Positions 36,418 to 46,994 of a DNA stretch of 64,000 bases are shown here, in pieces. The stretch lies in IMG/VR virus record IMGVR_UViG_3300020156_000448, positions 1 to 64,000 of that record; one strand, given 5' to 3'. The notes beneath the pieces were generated by a model. It was given only the letters and a program-made list of their open reading frames with translations. It did no database searches and was not told the origin of the DNA. This DNA is from a virus. The translations under genes and the position numbers were made by a program. Position 1 is the first letter of the stretch, and each line of letters begins with the position of its first letter.

Positions 36418-39297
36418 TTATACGAAAGTTATGTTACCAACTGAGCTAACTACTTGCCAAATGGTGTTAGCTCCAATGCATGTTACTTCAACACAGTCTC
36501 TTTGATGAGTAGAAGCAATATAGCCTGTAGCTCCTGTTGTAGTGTTAGACTCGCCAAAATATATTACCTGTCCTGCGTTCTGAGCAAGCCTCCATCCACC
36601 CGTGCCTTTACCTACAATTTTAATTACGCTCCCAAAAGCTGCGGTGCTTGGCAATGTCACTGTTACTTGTGCAACGTTATTAGTCACATAGGCAGTGTTG
36701 ATAGATGCTGCTTGAGTAGTCCCTGTGACTTCGGTCCATGTATTGACCCAAGTCATGGTTTTATACTCTAAAGCGTTGCCTGCGCTGTTTACTCCAAGTA
36801 CTTGATTGGCAGAACCAATTGAAGTTAGTCCAGTGCCGCCCTTTGCAGTTGTTATTGTATCGCCTGACCAAGTTCCGAAGTAGGCGCTAGCTGTTACTTC
36901 TCCATCATTTACAGAAGCTGAGTTAATATTCACTGTCGTAGCATTAATGTTAACAATATCATCAGAGCCTGGAGCAATAGTTACAGTTCCAGTAGAATTT
37001 ACAGAAACAGACCCATTCGCTACACCTAAACTTAACGTGGCAATATTAGAATCTGAAGAATCAGAATTGATTGTAAATGTATTACTTGGCGTTCCTGAAA
37101 TATTAGGAGCATCAGACCAAGTTGGAACGCCCGAAGAGACTGTCAGAACTTGCCCTGTTGTTCCAATCGCTCTTTTTGCTAATGTATTTGACCCAGATGC
37201 ATATAATAGATCACCTGTTGTCCATGTTGTCTGGTTTGTTCCACCATATGTAGGTCCAATAGCTGTACCATTCCAAGTTCCGTTTGTAACTACACCTGCA
37301 TTGATCTCAAAAGGATTAGAAGCATCATAAAAAAGAAATTTGCCATATGATGTTCCATTATGTTGATAAAAATTCATGGAGTTTGTAATTTGATCGCTTG
37401 TAATCTGAGCGCCATCAGTGCCGAATTCTAATTCAATTATAGAAGCAGCATTTCCAGAATCGATTGTAAATTTAGAGTTGGTTGTTCCTGTGATTCCAGT
37501 GGGGGTAGCAGGCGCAGCCCAAGTTGGAACGCCTCCAGAGACTGTCAGAACATCGCCAGAACTTCCTATTGCTCTCTTAGAGAGAGTATTAGAAGCAGAT
37601 GCATATAATAGATCACCTGTTGTCCATGTTGTCTGGTTTGTTCCACCATATGTAGGTCCAATAGCTGTACCATTCCAAGTACTGCCTGATCCTGCTGTTA
37701 ATGTAGCTGTGTGAGAAAGCTCGATTCTAGAAGTGGAAAAATTCCATCTGACATAATGAGTTGCGGCATTACCAAATAACAAAGTAGCAGTCTCCGAAGC
37801 AGGAGCGCCATCAGAGTTAATAGCGAAGCTCGCGCCTGTGGTTCCAGTATCTGCGCCTGGGCTATGGCTACTAATGCTTATGGAGTTTGCACCGTGAGTA
37901 ACAGTGGTTCCCCCTGAGCCGCTGACTGTTTTGTATTCTGGAGCAGTTGCTCCAGAATTCATTCCAATAACTTGATTGGCAGTTCCTTTCGCAAGCTTCG
38001 AGAGCGCTGTTCCTGAAGCATAATATAATATATCACCAGCCGTATAGGAAGTTACTCCCGTGCCGCCGTAGCCTGTCTTGACTGATGTTGCCTGCCAAGT
38101 ACCAGTTGCAACTGTCCCTAGCGTAGTTATATTGGTTGAACCAGCCCATGTAGATAAAGCTGTGTTTTCGACGTTTCCTAATCCTACATCTGATTTGGAA
38201 ACAGTAGACCAAGATGGAGCAGCAGAAACTGATCCAGTACCTGTCTGGCTTAAAAATTGTTTTGTCGTAGTTGTGTTACCTGCTAATTTAGCCAGAGTAT
38301 TAGAAGCTGACGAATATAAAAGATCACCAAGCGTGTAAGAGTTAATTCCAGTTCCGCCGTAGGTTGGTCCAACAGCACTGCCATTCCATGTTCCAGCCGT
38401 AATAGTTCCACCACTTAGAGTCAAGGAAGTAGTTCCATTCGTCAATGCCATGGAAGTAGTAGCGGTGATTGTCATTACATCGCCACTTGTATACGCAATG
38501 GAGCCGCCATGACCAAAGGCTAATGTTTCAGTAGCAGCATTTGCATCACTATCAATTGTAAACGTTGCTTGATCGGTCCCAGTATCAGTATTTTGAGCAT
38601 GACCGCCTGATAGAGTATGAGGAACCCATACACCTGATTGATACTTTAGTACCTGACCATCTAATACTCCAGAGACGCTAACATCACTTATCTCTTCCAA
38701 AGTTAAATCAACGTAAGCGCCATCAATTGTACCACCGTTCCACACACATCCAGAACCCATAGTTTTATTGCTTAAGCTTTGAGTTGAAGAGATATTCACA
38801 AGCTCTATTTCCGAACCGACAACGCCAGCTTTCCATACATCAGAAGCTTCGTCCCAAAGAAGAGATGCATTTATTATTGAACCGCGCTCTACCTCGATAC
38901 CGCCATTTTCTGAAGGTGTTCCCCCAGCATAGTTACTATTAAGAACGATTATATTATCTGCTAGGTTAATTGTTTCTGTATTAACTGTAGTTGTAGTTCC
39001 ATTTACAGTTAGATTACCTGCAATTATTACAGTATGAGAAGAAGTTCCAATTGTTAAATCAGTTCCAGATAAAGCCATACCAACTTCATCATCAAAATAA
39101 AGAATACCACCTGTTCCGCCACTATTAATAGAATAAGAATCTGCGGATGTTCCAGTAAGATTAGATACTAGTGATGAAAAACTTACACTACTACCTGTAA
39201 TGGTAATAGTTCTAGTTGAATTGCCACCTGAAATGGTATAACCATCTGTCTCATTAGTGTAGACAAGATTTTTACCTATAACGTTTTGTGTAGCCAT
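36418..39297 (-). CDS. Tail fibre protein B
   Basis: Repeated YGGT...GDLLYAS...GQVL units; modules shared with both neighbours. Confidence 0.85.
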   Translation of the reverse strand: MATQNVIGKNLVYTNETDGYTISGGNSTRTITITGSSVSFSSLVSNLTGTSADSYSINSGGTGGILYFDDEVGMALSGTDLTIGTSSHTVIIAGNLTVNGTTTTVNTETINLADNIIVLNSNYAGGTPSENGGIEVERGSIINASLLWDEASDVWKAGVVGSEIELVNISSTQSLSNKTMGSGCVWNGGTIDGAYVDLTLEEISDVSVSGVLDGQVLKYQSGVWVPHTLSGGHAQNTDTGTDQATFTIDSDANAATETLAFGHGGSIAYTSGDVMTITATTSMALTNGTTSLTLSGGTITAGTWNGSAVGPTYGGTGINSYTLGDLLYSSASNTLAKLAGNTTTTKQFLSQTGTGSVSAAPSWSTVSKSDVGLGNVENTALSTWAGSTNITTLGTVATGTWQATSVKTGYGGTGVTSYTAGDILYYASGTALSKLAKGTANQVIGMNSGATAPEYKTVSGSGGTTVTHGANSISISSHSPGADTGTTGASFAINSDGAPASETATLLFGNAATHYVRWNFSTSRIELSHTATLTAGSGSTWNGTAIGPTYGGTNQTTWTTGDLLYASASNTLSKRAIGSSGDVLTVSGGVPTWAAPATPTGITGTTNSKFTIDSGNAASIIELEFGTDGAQITSDQITNSMNFYQHNGTSYGKFLFYDASNPFEINAGVVTNGTWNGTAIGPTYGGTNQTTWTTGDLLYASGSNTLAKRAIGTTGQVLTVSSGVPTWSDAPNISGTPSNTFTINSDSSDSNIATLSLGVANGSVSVNSTGTVTIAPGSDDIVNINATTVNINSASVNDGEVTASAYFGTWSGDTITTAKGGTGLTSIGSANQVLGVNSAGNALEYKTMTWVNTWTEVTGTTQAASINTAYVTNNVAQVTVTLPSTAAFGSVIKIVGKGTGGWRLAQNAGQVIYFGESNTTTGATGYIASTHQRDCVEVTCIGANTIWQVVSSVGNITFV
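37194..37680. repeat. Exact 85-bp direct repeat inside fibre B (37194-37278 and 37596-37680)
   Basis: Identical copies, offset 402 bp (in frame). Confidence 0.9.
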
Positions 39298-39310
39298 TTA
39301 TCACCCCTTG

Positions 39311-41935
39311 TTAAACTGTTGCGACTGTTCCAACAGAGCCTATTACCTGCCATTGCGTGTTATTATTAATACATATAATTTCTACGCAATTCCTCTGGTG
39401 CGTAGATGATAAGTATCCTGTTGTGCCAGTGGATGTACTAGACTCACCGAAGTAGATTACTTGACCAGCGCCTTGCGCAATCTTCCATCCACCAGCACCT
39501 TTGCCAACTACTTTAATAATGTCTCCTGTATTGGCAGTTGCAGGCAGATTTATAGTTACCAGTGATGCATTATTAGCAATGTATCCATTATTCACTATTG
39601 CTGTCTCTGACGTAGTTGTTATTTCTGTAAAGCTAATAATACCCGTATTAATTGCAGCGATAGTATCATCTACATATTTTTTGGTTGTTGCATGATTATC
39701 AGTAGAAGGTAAGCCTGGAAGAGTTATGTTTCCAGAAGCGTCAACTGATGCTATTGGAGTTCCTGCATTGTTTTGCCACTCTTGAAGATTTGCAGATTGA
39801 CCAGCAGAACTTACTACTGTCAATACAGGAGCAGATGTAGTTGTTCCTATCACAGATAATGAAGCGTCTGCTGATGTTCCTGTTGCAAAACTTCGAGCCG
39901 AGCCGGACTGCCTATTACCAGATATTTCAATTCCGTAATAAGATTGCATAAGCATTCTATTGCCATAGAGCAATCCGATGGAATCCCACTCATTTCCAAA
40001 TTGAATGCTTGCGCCCTCTCCGCTAAGTAATCCAGAGAAGATTAATTTTCTCAGCGATGAAGAAGATGATCCAGTTGTAGATATTGTTTGATCCAAAGCA
40101 AATTGATTTGCGCTATCTAATCTGGCGACATTATTTGAAAGATAAGCATCATCTAATTCTCCACTAGTAATAGCCGATGCGTTAAGATTTGTTAAACTTG
40201 CGCCTGATCCAGAAAATGTTCCAGCAGTACAAGTGCCCGTTATAGATGCAGATGGAGCTTGTAGATACGCACCAGAAGAAGGCGGAGTTGTACTATTTAG
40301 TGATAGTCTAGAATTAATGGATACACCATTACTATTGTATCTAATTCTTTCCGTGGTATTGCTTTTAAAAACCATGTCGTATAGTGTGCCAGTACCAGCG
40401 CTAGTTGTACTCAACACAGCTACACCATCTATTATCCCAAACTGTAGATTACTATAGTTTACTGCATCTGTATCAAAATTAGTTCCAAATATGTCAATGT
40501 AATTTCTTGTTGTTCCTGTAGCAGGAATCAATCTAAATGCGTTATAAAGAGTCGTTCCAGGACGCAATCTAACAGAGCTTAAAGAACCAGAAATAACCTG
40601 AGATAACGTTGATGTTCCGATTGCAATTCCTTTGGTAGCGCCTGTTGTAAAAGTGTTTAGCTCTGCAAAGGTATTGGCAGAACCTTTTAATGCGACATTT
40701 CCAGATAATAAAGAATCAGATACGCTTCCAGTAGAAAGATTGCTTGCGTTAAGAGAAGTTAATGCCGCTCCTGAAATTGCAGGTAATGCCCCTTGCAGGT
40801 TTGCAGAAGGCACTAATACATCAGTATCTAACGTTCCTGCTGTTATATCTCCAGCAGCTACAGAGCCTGCCGAAACGCCTGTTAACTGACTTCCGTCGCC
40901 TATATAAACATTAGCTTGCATTGTGCCGCTAATTGTTACATCATTTGGTAATGAAAGAGTTATTCCGCCTGCACTATTAGCAATACTAATCTGATTTGCT
41001 GTTCCAGTGATATTTGATAGCGTGTATCCTGTTCCGTTTCCAATAAGTAATTGTCCGTTGGTTGGCGTTGTTGATATTCCAGTGCCCCCGTATCCAATTC
41101 CAATTGCGTTTCCTTGCCATGTGGAAGAAGTAAAAGTTTTATTTGAAATTGCTTGCGTGCTCGATGCATTCACTAAGACAATTTCAGAACCCAATAGCCC
41201 TGCTCTCCATGTTTGTGTTGTTTCATGCCAAAGCAATGAAGCATTTGGAGATGTTCCACGTTCAATTTCAATGCCTCCGTCTTCCGAAGGAGTTCCAGTA
41301 ACATTGCTATTTAGCACAATCACGTTATCTGATATTGTTAAGGTTTCTGTATCTATTACAGTTTGCGTTCCATCAACATTAAGGTTTCCCTTTAGTGTAA
41401 AGGTTCCAGACTCATATCTTAAGTATGCACCAGTAGTTTGATCGCCAAAGTACAGATTAAAAATTCCTGAGGCGTTAGAGGTTCCTGCGCCGATATAAAA
41501 ATTTGTAGAAGTGGTTCCATCATCATCTCCTGAATCGGCTTGAGAGGCAGAAAAGGCTGTATATATACTAGCACGAATTAAGCCACGTTCAATAGAATCA
41601 TAATCTTCTAACGCTATGCCTAAAATAGCTTGATCGCTAGCGGTTCTAGCTGTAGCGGTTCCATCCCCAGCAGAAGTAAGAAGATTTCCAGCAACGATAG
41701 TGCCAGTTACATAGATGTTGCCTTCCCCTAAAATAGTAACATAGGCTGGCTGACCTGACAAAGAAGTATTGTTAACAATGCCTGCAAAGATATCAGTCGC
41801 ATCGTGATTTGGAAAAATAACTTCGTCGGGATTATCGCGGTTATACACAACAACATCACCAGAATACATAACTTCATCACTTCCGTTTATGTATTTTCTT
41901 GTTATTTTATCTATGTTGATAGTGGAATTTGCCAT
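39311..41935 (-). CDS. Tail fibre protein A
   Basis: N-terminal capsid-cement-like segment; GGTG repeats; HATTKKYVD; C-terminal module shared with fibre B. Confidence 0.8.
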   Translation of the reverse strand: MANSTINIDKITRKYINGSDEVMYSGDVVVYNRDNPDEVIFPNHDATDIFAGIVNNTSLSGQPAYVTILGEGNIYVTGTIVAGNLLTSAGDGTATARTASDQAILGIALEDYDSIERGLIRASIYTAFSASQADSGDDDGTTSTNFYIGAGTSNASGIFNLYFGDQTTGAYLRYESGTFTLKGNLNVDGTQTVIDTETLTISDNVIVLNSNVTGTPSEDGGIEIERGTSPNASLLWHETTQTWRAGLLGSEIVLVNASSTQAISNKTFTSSTWQGNAIGIGYGGTGISTTPTNGQLLIGNGTGYTLSNITGTANQISIANSAGGITLSLPNDVTISGTMQANVYIGDGSQLTGVSAGSVAAGDITAGTLDTDVLVPSANLQGALPAISGAALTSLNASNLSTGSVSDSLLSGNVALKGSANTFAELNTFTTGATKGIAIGTSTLSQVISGSLSSVRLRPGTTLYNAFRLIPATGTTRNYIDIFGTNFDTDAVNYSNLQFGIIDGVAVLSTTSAGTGTLYDMVFKSNTTERIRYNSNGVSINSRLSLNSTTPPSSGAYLQAPSASITGTCTAGTFSGSGASLTNLNASAITSGELDDAYLSNNVARLDSANQFALDQTISTTGSSSSSLRKLIFSGLLSGEGASIQFGNEWDSIGLLYGNRMLMQSYYGIEISGNRQSGSARSFATGTSADASLSVIGTTTSAPVLTVVSSAGQSANLQEWQNNAGTPIASVDASGNITLPGLPSTDNHATTKKYVDDTIAAINTGIISFTEITTTSETAIVNNGYIANNASLVTINLPATANTGDIIKVVGKGAGGWKIAQGAGQVIYFGESSTSTGTTGYLSSTHQRNCVEIICINNNTQWQVIGSVGTVATV

Positions 41936-41937
41936 AG

Positions 41938-43503
41938 TTATCGTAAATTATCTATAATTTTTTCTGCACAAATTTGCATCTTTTGGTAAATTTCTTCTGT
42001 GCGTTGAGCAATGGTGTCAGAAGCCTCCACATAAGAAGGAAAATGCTTTTGAAAAGCATCAGAGTATACATCTTTATCTTGATCCTCATACATGTAAATT
42101 CCTTGCCCAATAAAATGATTAACAATTTGAACTTGGTCTCTAAGTCTCTCAATCATACTTTTAGTTTCTGGGTCATTCATATCTGCTCCATTTTCAAGTA
42201 AATGTCGCATAATGTATGTAGTTTCATCAATTTCTACGCTAGCCTCGAAGGTTGGGACTAAATCGATGTTGTTTTCTAGTTTGTAGGCTGCGTGCCCATC
42301 AAACGAACCATAAAATTCATAGTTCGCAATTTGATTAGCTAATGCGTGAGCCTCAATTTCATCTACAAAAGATTCATTTTTAATCGATTCAATACAACTA
42401 ACTACTCCCGCAATAAACTTAGAATTTACGCTCAGATGTGTCACTAGCTTTTCAATCTTGTCGTAATTAAAATTACCGTCCTCATATAGGTTGGTACTTA
42501 TATAACTTACTAGTATATTATCCTGATCAACTAGGTCATCTATAGAGAAGCCGCCCACATCGTTTTGCATAACAATATCTGCATCTGTTGTTTTAGCTAA
42601 AAGTTCTAGCCTTGATTTATAATGTTCTAGATTAACTTTATTTTGTTCCCATAATTGATTAATCACTTCTGCATCAAGAGGCATATTGGGATGCAAGCCT
42701 CTTGGGTTATTTTTTCTATAGTTAGCCCCCACCTCTTTGACCAAAGAGTTGTTTAAATCTACTCTAAATTCTAACTCCCCATCGTCTGATCTTTGAGTAT
42801 ATATATTGGAAGCTGCTAATTCGGCATCTTCTTCAATGGTTTCTTTCGTTGAAGAATAGTCTATAGCGCCCAATACGGTCTTTCCAAACCAACTTCCGAA
42901 TAAATTATGATCATGTTTAGCATCTATTGGCTCAGTGTTTGTGTTTAAAGAAATATCTATTAAGTTCTGATCATTATCATCTAAGAACGCTGTCTCTCCC
43001 TCTTCGAGTTCAGCAACATATTCACTCTTTTTGGCAACTCCGTCAATGATGACATCATCAAATAACTCATAAATTCCAAAGGCTCGCAACAACAATACTA
43101 CTGGCTGAGCGTCATCGGAAACACCCTGCTTATCGCTTGCAGAGACAATATATAGATTTTTACCCTTACTTTTTAAGGAAAGCAATTGCTCTTTAAAGCC
43201 TTTTTCTAATTTGACCTTGCTACCTTTTGAATCTTCAATTAAAGTGTTGCTAATGAGCTTATATGGCGCTTCTGTGGCAGCAGCATATGATAGACCACCT
43301 TCAGGATTAGTGACTTCCCAAATTGTGTCATCGGCGTCGAAGATGATTGTATCATATTCGTTCAAATCATAACCTGCTACCTCTGTAGGTTTCATGTTCA
43401 TCTGAGTTAGCAATTCACTAACATCATCATTTCTATTACTTGGCATTGTATTTCTCCGATCCGCTATAAGCCTTTTCTTTAAGCTCCAATATGGCTTCTC
43501 CAT
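41938..43503 (-). CDS. HAD phosphatase (MDP-1-like) fused to an unknown C-terminal region
   Basis: IIFDADDTIW (DxDxT), VSAS, K, FLDDN. Confidence 0.75.
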   Translation of the reverse strand: MEKPYWSLKKRLIADRRNTMPSNRNDDVSELLTQMNMKPTEVAGYDLNEYDTIIFDADDTIWEVTNPEGGLSYAAATEAPYKLISNTLIEDSKGSKVKLEKGFKEQLLSLKSKGKNLYIVSASDKQGVSDDAQPVVLLLRAFGIYELFDDVIIDGVAKKSEYVAELEEGETAFLDDNDQNLIDISLNTNTEPIDAKHDHNLFGSWFGKTVLGAIDYSSTKETIEEDAELAASNIYTQRSDDGELEFRVDLNNSLVKEVGANYRKNNPRGLHPNMPLDAEVINQLWEQNKVNLEHYKSRLELLAKTTDADIVMQNDVGGFSIDDLVDQDNILVSYISTNLYEDGNFNYDKIEKLVTHLSVNSKFIAGVVSCIESIKNESFVDEIEAHALANQIANYEFYGSFDGHAAYKLENNIDLVPTFEASVEIDETTYIMRHLLENGADMNDPETKSMIERLRDQVQIVNHFIGQGIYMYEDQDKDVYSDAFQKHFPSYVEASDTIAQRTEEIYQKMQICAEKIIDNLR

Positions 43504-43912
43504 GTTTCGTTACATCATGCTTTATTTCAAAAATTTTACCCTCTAAGCTCTCAATCGCCTTAGCATTATTATTAATCCTCACATCGTTGACGGTTGCTTT
43601 GGTCGATATTTCATGAATGTCTTTGCTAATTTCTTTATATTCTTCTTTGCCATTATAATTAAGGGTAATTAAAATACTCGCAATGCCAACAATAGCACAA
43701 ATGCCAGCAAATGCCAGATTTAGCCAACTATCGACACTAGGCTTCTGGGGCTTTTCATCAGCAGAGAGCATATTTTCTAATATTTTCTTAGCTAAATACT
43801 GATCGGTCATCTTACTAAAAAATTGTTTATTTCTAGTAATAGCCATGTCTAAGTCTTGGATATGCTCGTTAGCAGCCTCTAACTCTTCTATATTAATCTT
43901 CTTTTTATCCAC
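43436..43912 (-). CDS. Single-TM coiled-coil protein
   Basis: WLNLAFAGICAIVGIASILI followed by heptad pattern. Confidence 0.6.
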   Translation of the reverse strand: MDKKKINIEELEAANEHIQDLDMAITRNKQFFSKMTDQYLAKKILENMLSADEKPQKPSVDSWLNLAFAGICAIVGIASILITLNYNGKEEYKEISKDIHEISTKATVNDVRINNNAKAIESLEGKIFEIKHDVTKHGEAILELKEKAYSGSEKYNAK

Positions 43913-43915
43913 GAC

Positions 43916-45139
43916 TTACCTCTGTTTGTTTATGCGATCACTGCCCTTTACAATCTTCTTGTCAACTGAAGCGAAAGTCTTCTGAAAGTCTTTCCATGAT
44001 TTAATTTTGCTAATTCTGTCTCTTCTTTGCTCCCGACGCTTACGGTTTCTGTATTCTTTACGTCGCTGGATTCTCTCGTACATATGAGTATTATTATAAG
44101 CTGTTTTATACCACGATTTAGTATCTTCAAGATACAAATGATCCTTAACTGTGGAGACAGTTCCCAACTGAGAATCTAGCAAATCAATTGCTGTAGTAGA
44201 ATCTATTAGGTCTTGTATATAAAGGCTTGCTAAAGCCTGCTGAAGATTATTCTTAATGTCAGTATTAAGTAAATCTTGATAAGCAAGACATAATTGCAAC
44301 TTGTTCGCTGTTTTATCCAAGCTACATAAAACATTAGAAGCAGCCATATACTTGATTCCCATTTGCCTCTTTATTGAATGATCAAATATTTCATGAGGAA
44401 TCGGAATAGTATCGTATAGCTTGTATTTTTTAAACATAGCATCCGCCTTCTCATTGTCTATATCAAAGATGTCTCTTACAAGATTTTCAACAAAGCGCTC
44501 ACTTCTATCTGCTGTAGCTTGTGGTAAAAGTCCTATGCCGTAAGGAATTTCCTTTTTAAGGTCTTCTGTTGGTTCTAGTTCAAACTCCAACTGAAAACGC
44601 ATCATTCTTAAAATAATAAATGGATTAAACTCAATGGCGCTTCTGGCTGGAATAGGAGTTCTAATAACCTTGTTCTTTATCAGGTCGTCATAGCCTTGAC
44701 CAGTAACATCCAAAAATTTCTCATTAATTACATCGTAGCACATGGTATCGATTGTAAAGTCTCTCTCATAAATATTCTTATAAAGAAAAGTAATCGGAAT
44801 TCCTAGGCGCTGCATTTCGCCTTCTATTGGAAAGTGCACATGAGGATTATCAATACTCTGAAATTCAAAGTTATAACCATTGCATACTATTTTTTTTGTA
44901 CCTGTGTACTCGTACACAATAGGCTCTCCAAGACCAAACCTCTTTGAAAAATCCTGCAAAATTGCTTCCATTTTTCCTTCACGCGAAATCACATCAAAAT
45001 CTTGAATATCTTCGACTGGAACACCAAGCAGCCAGTCGCGCACGAATCCACCAACAATCAATGGATAATCACCAACTGCCTTGCCTGACTGTGCCAGTTT
45101 TTGAAAAGCATCTACTAGATTTTGAGGTAAGTCGCGCAT
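43916..45139 (-). CDS. Class II nucleotidyltransferase (CCA/poly(A) polymerase family), non-canonical
   Basis: VGGFVRD...DFD; ERDFTID; motif D position reads FNPFIILR. Confidence 0.85.
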   Translation of the reverse strand: MRDLPQNLVDAFQKLAQSGKAVGDYPLIVGGFVRDWLLGVPVEDIQDFDVISREGKMEAILQDFSKRFGLGEPIVYEYTGTKKIVCNGYNFEFQSIDNPHVHFPIEGEMQRLGIPITFLYKNIYERDFTIDTMCYDVINEKFLDVTGQGYDDLIKNKVIRTPIPARSAIEFNPFIILRMMRFQLEFELEPTEDLKKEIPYGIGLLPQATADRSERFVENLVRDIFDIDNEKADAMFKKYKLYDTIPIPHEIFDHSIKRQMGIKYMAASNVLCSLDKTANKLQLCLAYQDLLNTDIKNNLQQALASLYIQDLIDSTTAIDLLDSQLGTVSTVKDHLYLEDTKSWYKTAYNNTHMYERIQRRKEYRNRKRREQRRDRISKIKSWKDFQKTFASVDKKIVKGSDRINKQR

Positions 45140-45140
45140 A

Positions 45141-45503
45141 TTATTTTCCTTTTAAGTGCGTAATATCAATCAAATCCCAAAATTTGGTTCCAATATGAAC
45201 ATTACGATCACTAAACCAATCTTTGCGTGTTTCAATAACATACTTAACATTATAGTCTTTTGAATTAACGGGCTGTTCCTGATTTGCTTCTAATTGAGCT
45301 ACGTGAACTAAAGAGCCACCCATGTCAAAGAAAGCCACATCAATAGGGAAAGAGACATTTTTATTCCAAAATGACTGCCTTGAAGGTCTATCAAAAACAA
45401 AAAGACCGCATTCATCATCGGGAAGAGGTTCACTAAACATTAACCCTTTTTCTCTATCTCTTTCATTAATTGCTAAAAGTGTTATTTTTAGTCTTCGTTC
45501 CAT
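45141..45503 (-). CDS. DUF192 family protein
   Basis: REKGLMF...GLFVF...FWNKNVSFPIDVAFFD...YVIE. Confidence 0.9.
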   Translation of the reverse strand: MERRLKITLLAINERDREKGLMFSEPLPDDECGLFVFDRPSRQSFWNKNVSFPIDVAFFDMGGSLVHVAQLEANQEQPVNSKDYNVKYVIETRKDWFSDRNVHIGTKFWDLIDITHLKGK

Positions 45504-46165
45504 TCCTTAATAATTCTCCATTTTCCATTGTTATCTCTAACTATTTTTTCACCTTGATTTGGAGAAGGAAACTCCAAAGCTGGTGTATTTTGAGTGCTAC
45601 AAGTCTGAATAATATTCTTTAGGCAACGTGAAGTCTTAGATAAAGAAGAAGAATTATCAAGCATTAACTTAACCAATATTTCATGCCCTTTATCTGTCAA
45701 ACTTACGTCATGCCCAGCGCCCTTCAATAACCCCTGTGCCTTTAAGCGATTAAGCTCGTTATCTGAAAGGTTTGAAATCCTAAACACCTTCTCTGGGGCG
45801 TTACTTGAATCTTGGATAATGCTTGCACTATCCCACGCTTTAAAAAGTAAACTCTTATCCTCTTCGGCTGTTACTTGATGAAATCCATTTGATTTCATAA
45901 TTTGTTCAAGAAGAGGGGAAACATTAAAATACATGACCCCATCACCACTGGCTGTTGGCGCTGAGGAGTTATTAAGAACATAATCAACCAAGCTTCTTTG
46001 ACCCATATTAGACCACTGGAGCTTATCTGTTATATGTTGAGATGGACCCTGCATGGTATTTTGGTCAAAACCATGAGCAGGAAAGAAGTTTTGTGCAACC
46101 TTTACCATTCCGTTCTTTTGCGCAACACGTTGCTGATGTGCATTGGGAGTTCTAAAAAAACGCAT
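45488..46165 (-). CDS. Hypothetical protein with winged-helix-like segment
   Basis: LNRLKAQGLL...VSLTDKGHEIL. Confidence 0.55.
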   Translation of the reverse strand: MRFFRTPNAHQQRVAQKNGMVKVAQNFFPAHGFDQNTMQGPSQHITDKLQWSNMGQRSLVDYVLNNSSAPTASGDGVMYFNVSPLLEQIMKSNGFHQVTAEEDKSLLFKAWDSASIIQDSSNAPEKVFRISNLSDNELNRLKAQGLLKGAGHDVSLTDKGHEILVKLMLDNSSSLSKTSRCLKNIIQTCSTQNTPALEFPSPNQGEKIVRDNNGKWRIIKEWNED

Positions 46166-46197
46166 AATTCACCGCCATTAAAATTGATCTTGTTCTT

Positions 46198-46226
46198 ATT
46201 ATACTATTTAATGTATACAAATACAA
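46198..46226 (-). promoter_or_regulatory. Sigma70-like promoter
   Basis: Minus strand TTGTAT-N17-TATAAT upstream of the 46165 start. Confidence 0.6.
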
Positions 46227-46247
46227 AATCCTGCGGGAACATTGGCG

Positions 46248-46985
46248 CTATATGATAAATTGCTCAAAACCATACTCTTGCAGCAATCTCTTTCCATTGT
46301 CTGGATTGGGCTTTAGTATTTTCTCAATAGTTTTTGAAGCCTTATCAATATCTATTTCAGTTAGAATATGTTCTCTATGTTTTCTAATGGCTGCATCAAG
46401 CTCATTATCTATAGTGAAATCATATCTGTTAGCAAAAACTAATGCTCGAAGAGCAATTATGGAGTTTGTCTTAACTGATAAATCTGCATTGACAGGACAT
46501 CTAATAATCCCATCATCCAAATCTTTTTTTGCCGTACCTAATACGTCATAAATTTTACCGCTTCTCAAGCTCATGATTAATGTATTTATAGTAAAATCAC
46601 GAGAAATAATATCAAAACTTAAATTGTTTTGGGGAAGATTGGTTTTTCTTAACTCAGGAAGAAGATCAAAGTTTTTTAAATTAGCCTTACAATCAATGTC
46701 CAAGCCATTGACACTAAGTTTTCCTGTACCTGTTTTATGGCTATATTCAACAGGAACACCAAATCTCTCTGCTACCGCGCCTGCTAGATAAAGACCGTGA
46801 TAATTTTCCGCCATAAGGTCAATATCGCTTTCACGTGTATGTTCTTTGCCCCAGTATTCATCTCTGCAAAATCCACCTACTGCAAATGCAATGAATCCTA
46901 AAGAATGCGTAATTTCGTCTATTCCGTTTAGCACAGAATAAACAACTGCTTCCTCTTGGCTTTTTGGCTTTTTATTTATTGGCAT
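46248..46985 (-). CDS. Class II nucleotidyltransferase (CCA/poly(A) polymerase family), minimal and non-canonical
   Basis: VGGFCRD...DID; SRDFTIN; motif D position reads TNSIIALR. Confidence 0.85.
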   Translation of the reverse strand: MPINKKPKSQEEAVVYSVLNGIDEITHSLGFIAFAVGGFCRDEYWGKEHTRESDIDLMAENYHGLYLAGAVAERFGVPVEYSHKTGTGKLSVNGLDIDCKANLKNFDLLPELRKTNLPQNNLSFDIISRDFTINTLIMSLRSGKIYDVLGTAKKDLDDGIIRCPVNADLSVKTNSIIALRALVFANRYDFTIDNELDAAIRKHREHILTEIDIDKASKTIEKILKPNPDNGKRLLQEYGFEQFII

Positions 46986-46994
46986 TCATATCAC

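Noticed and set aside
37194-37680. Diversity-generating retroelement TR/VR pair
   Set aside because: The copies are identical, with no adenine-specific differences; both are in frame mid-gene; no reverse transcriptase in the window.
43436-43912. Holin
   Set aside because: A single TM plus coiled coil is compatible, but the gene is 15 kb from the endolysin and has no family signature.
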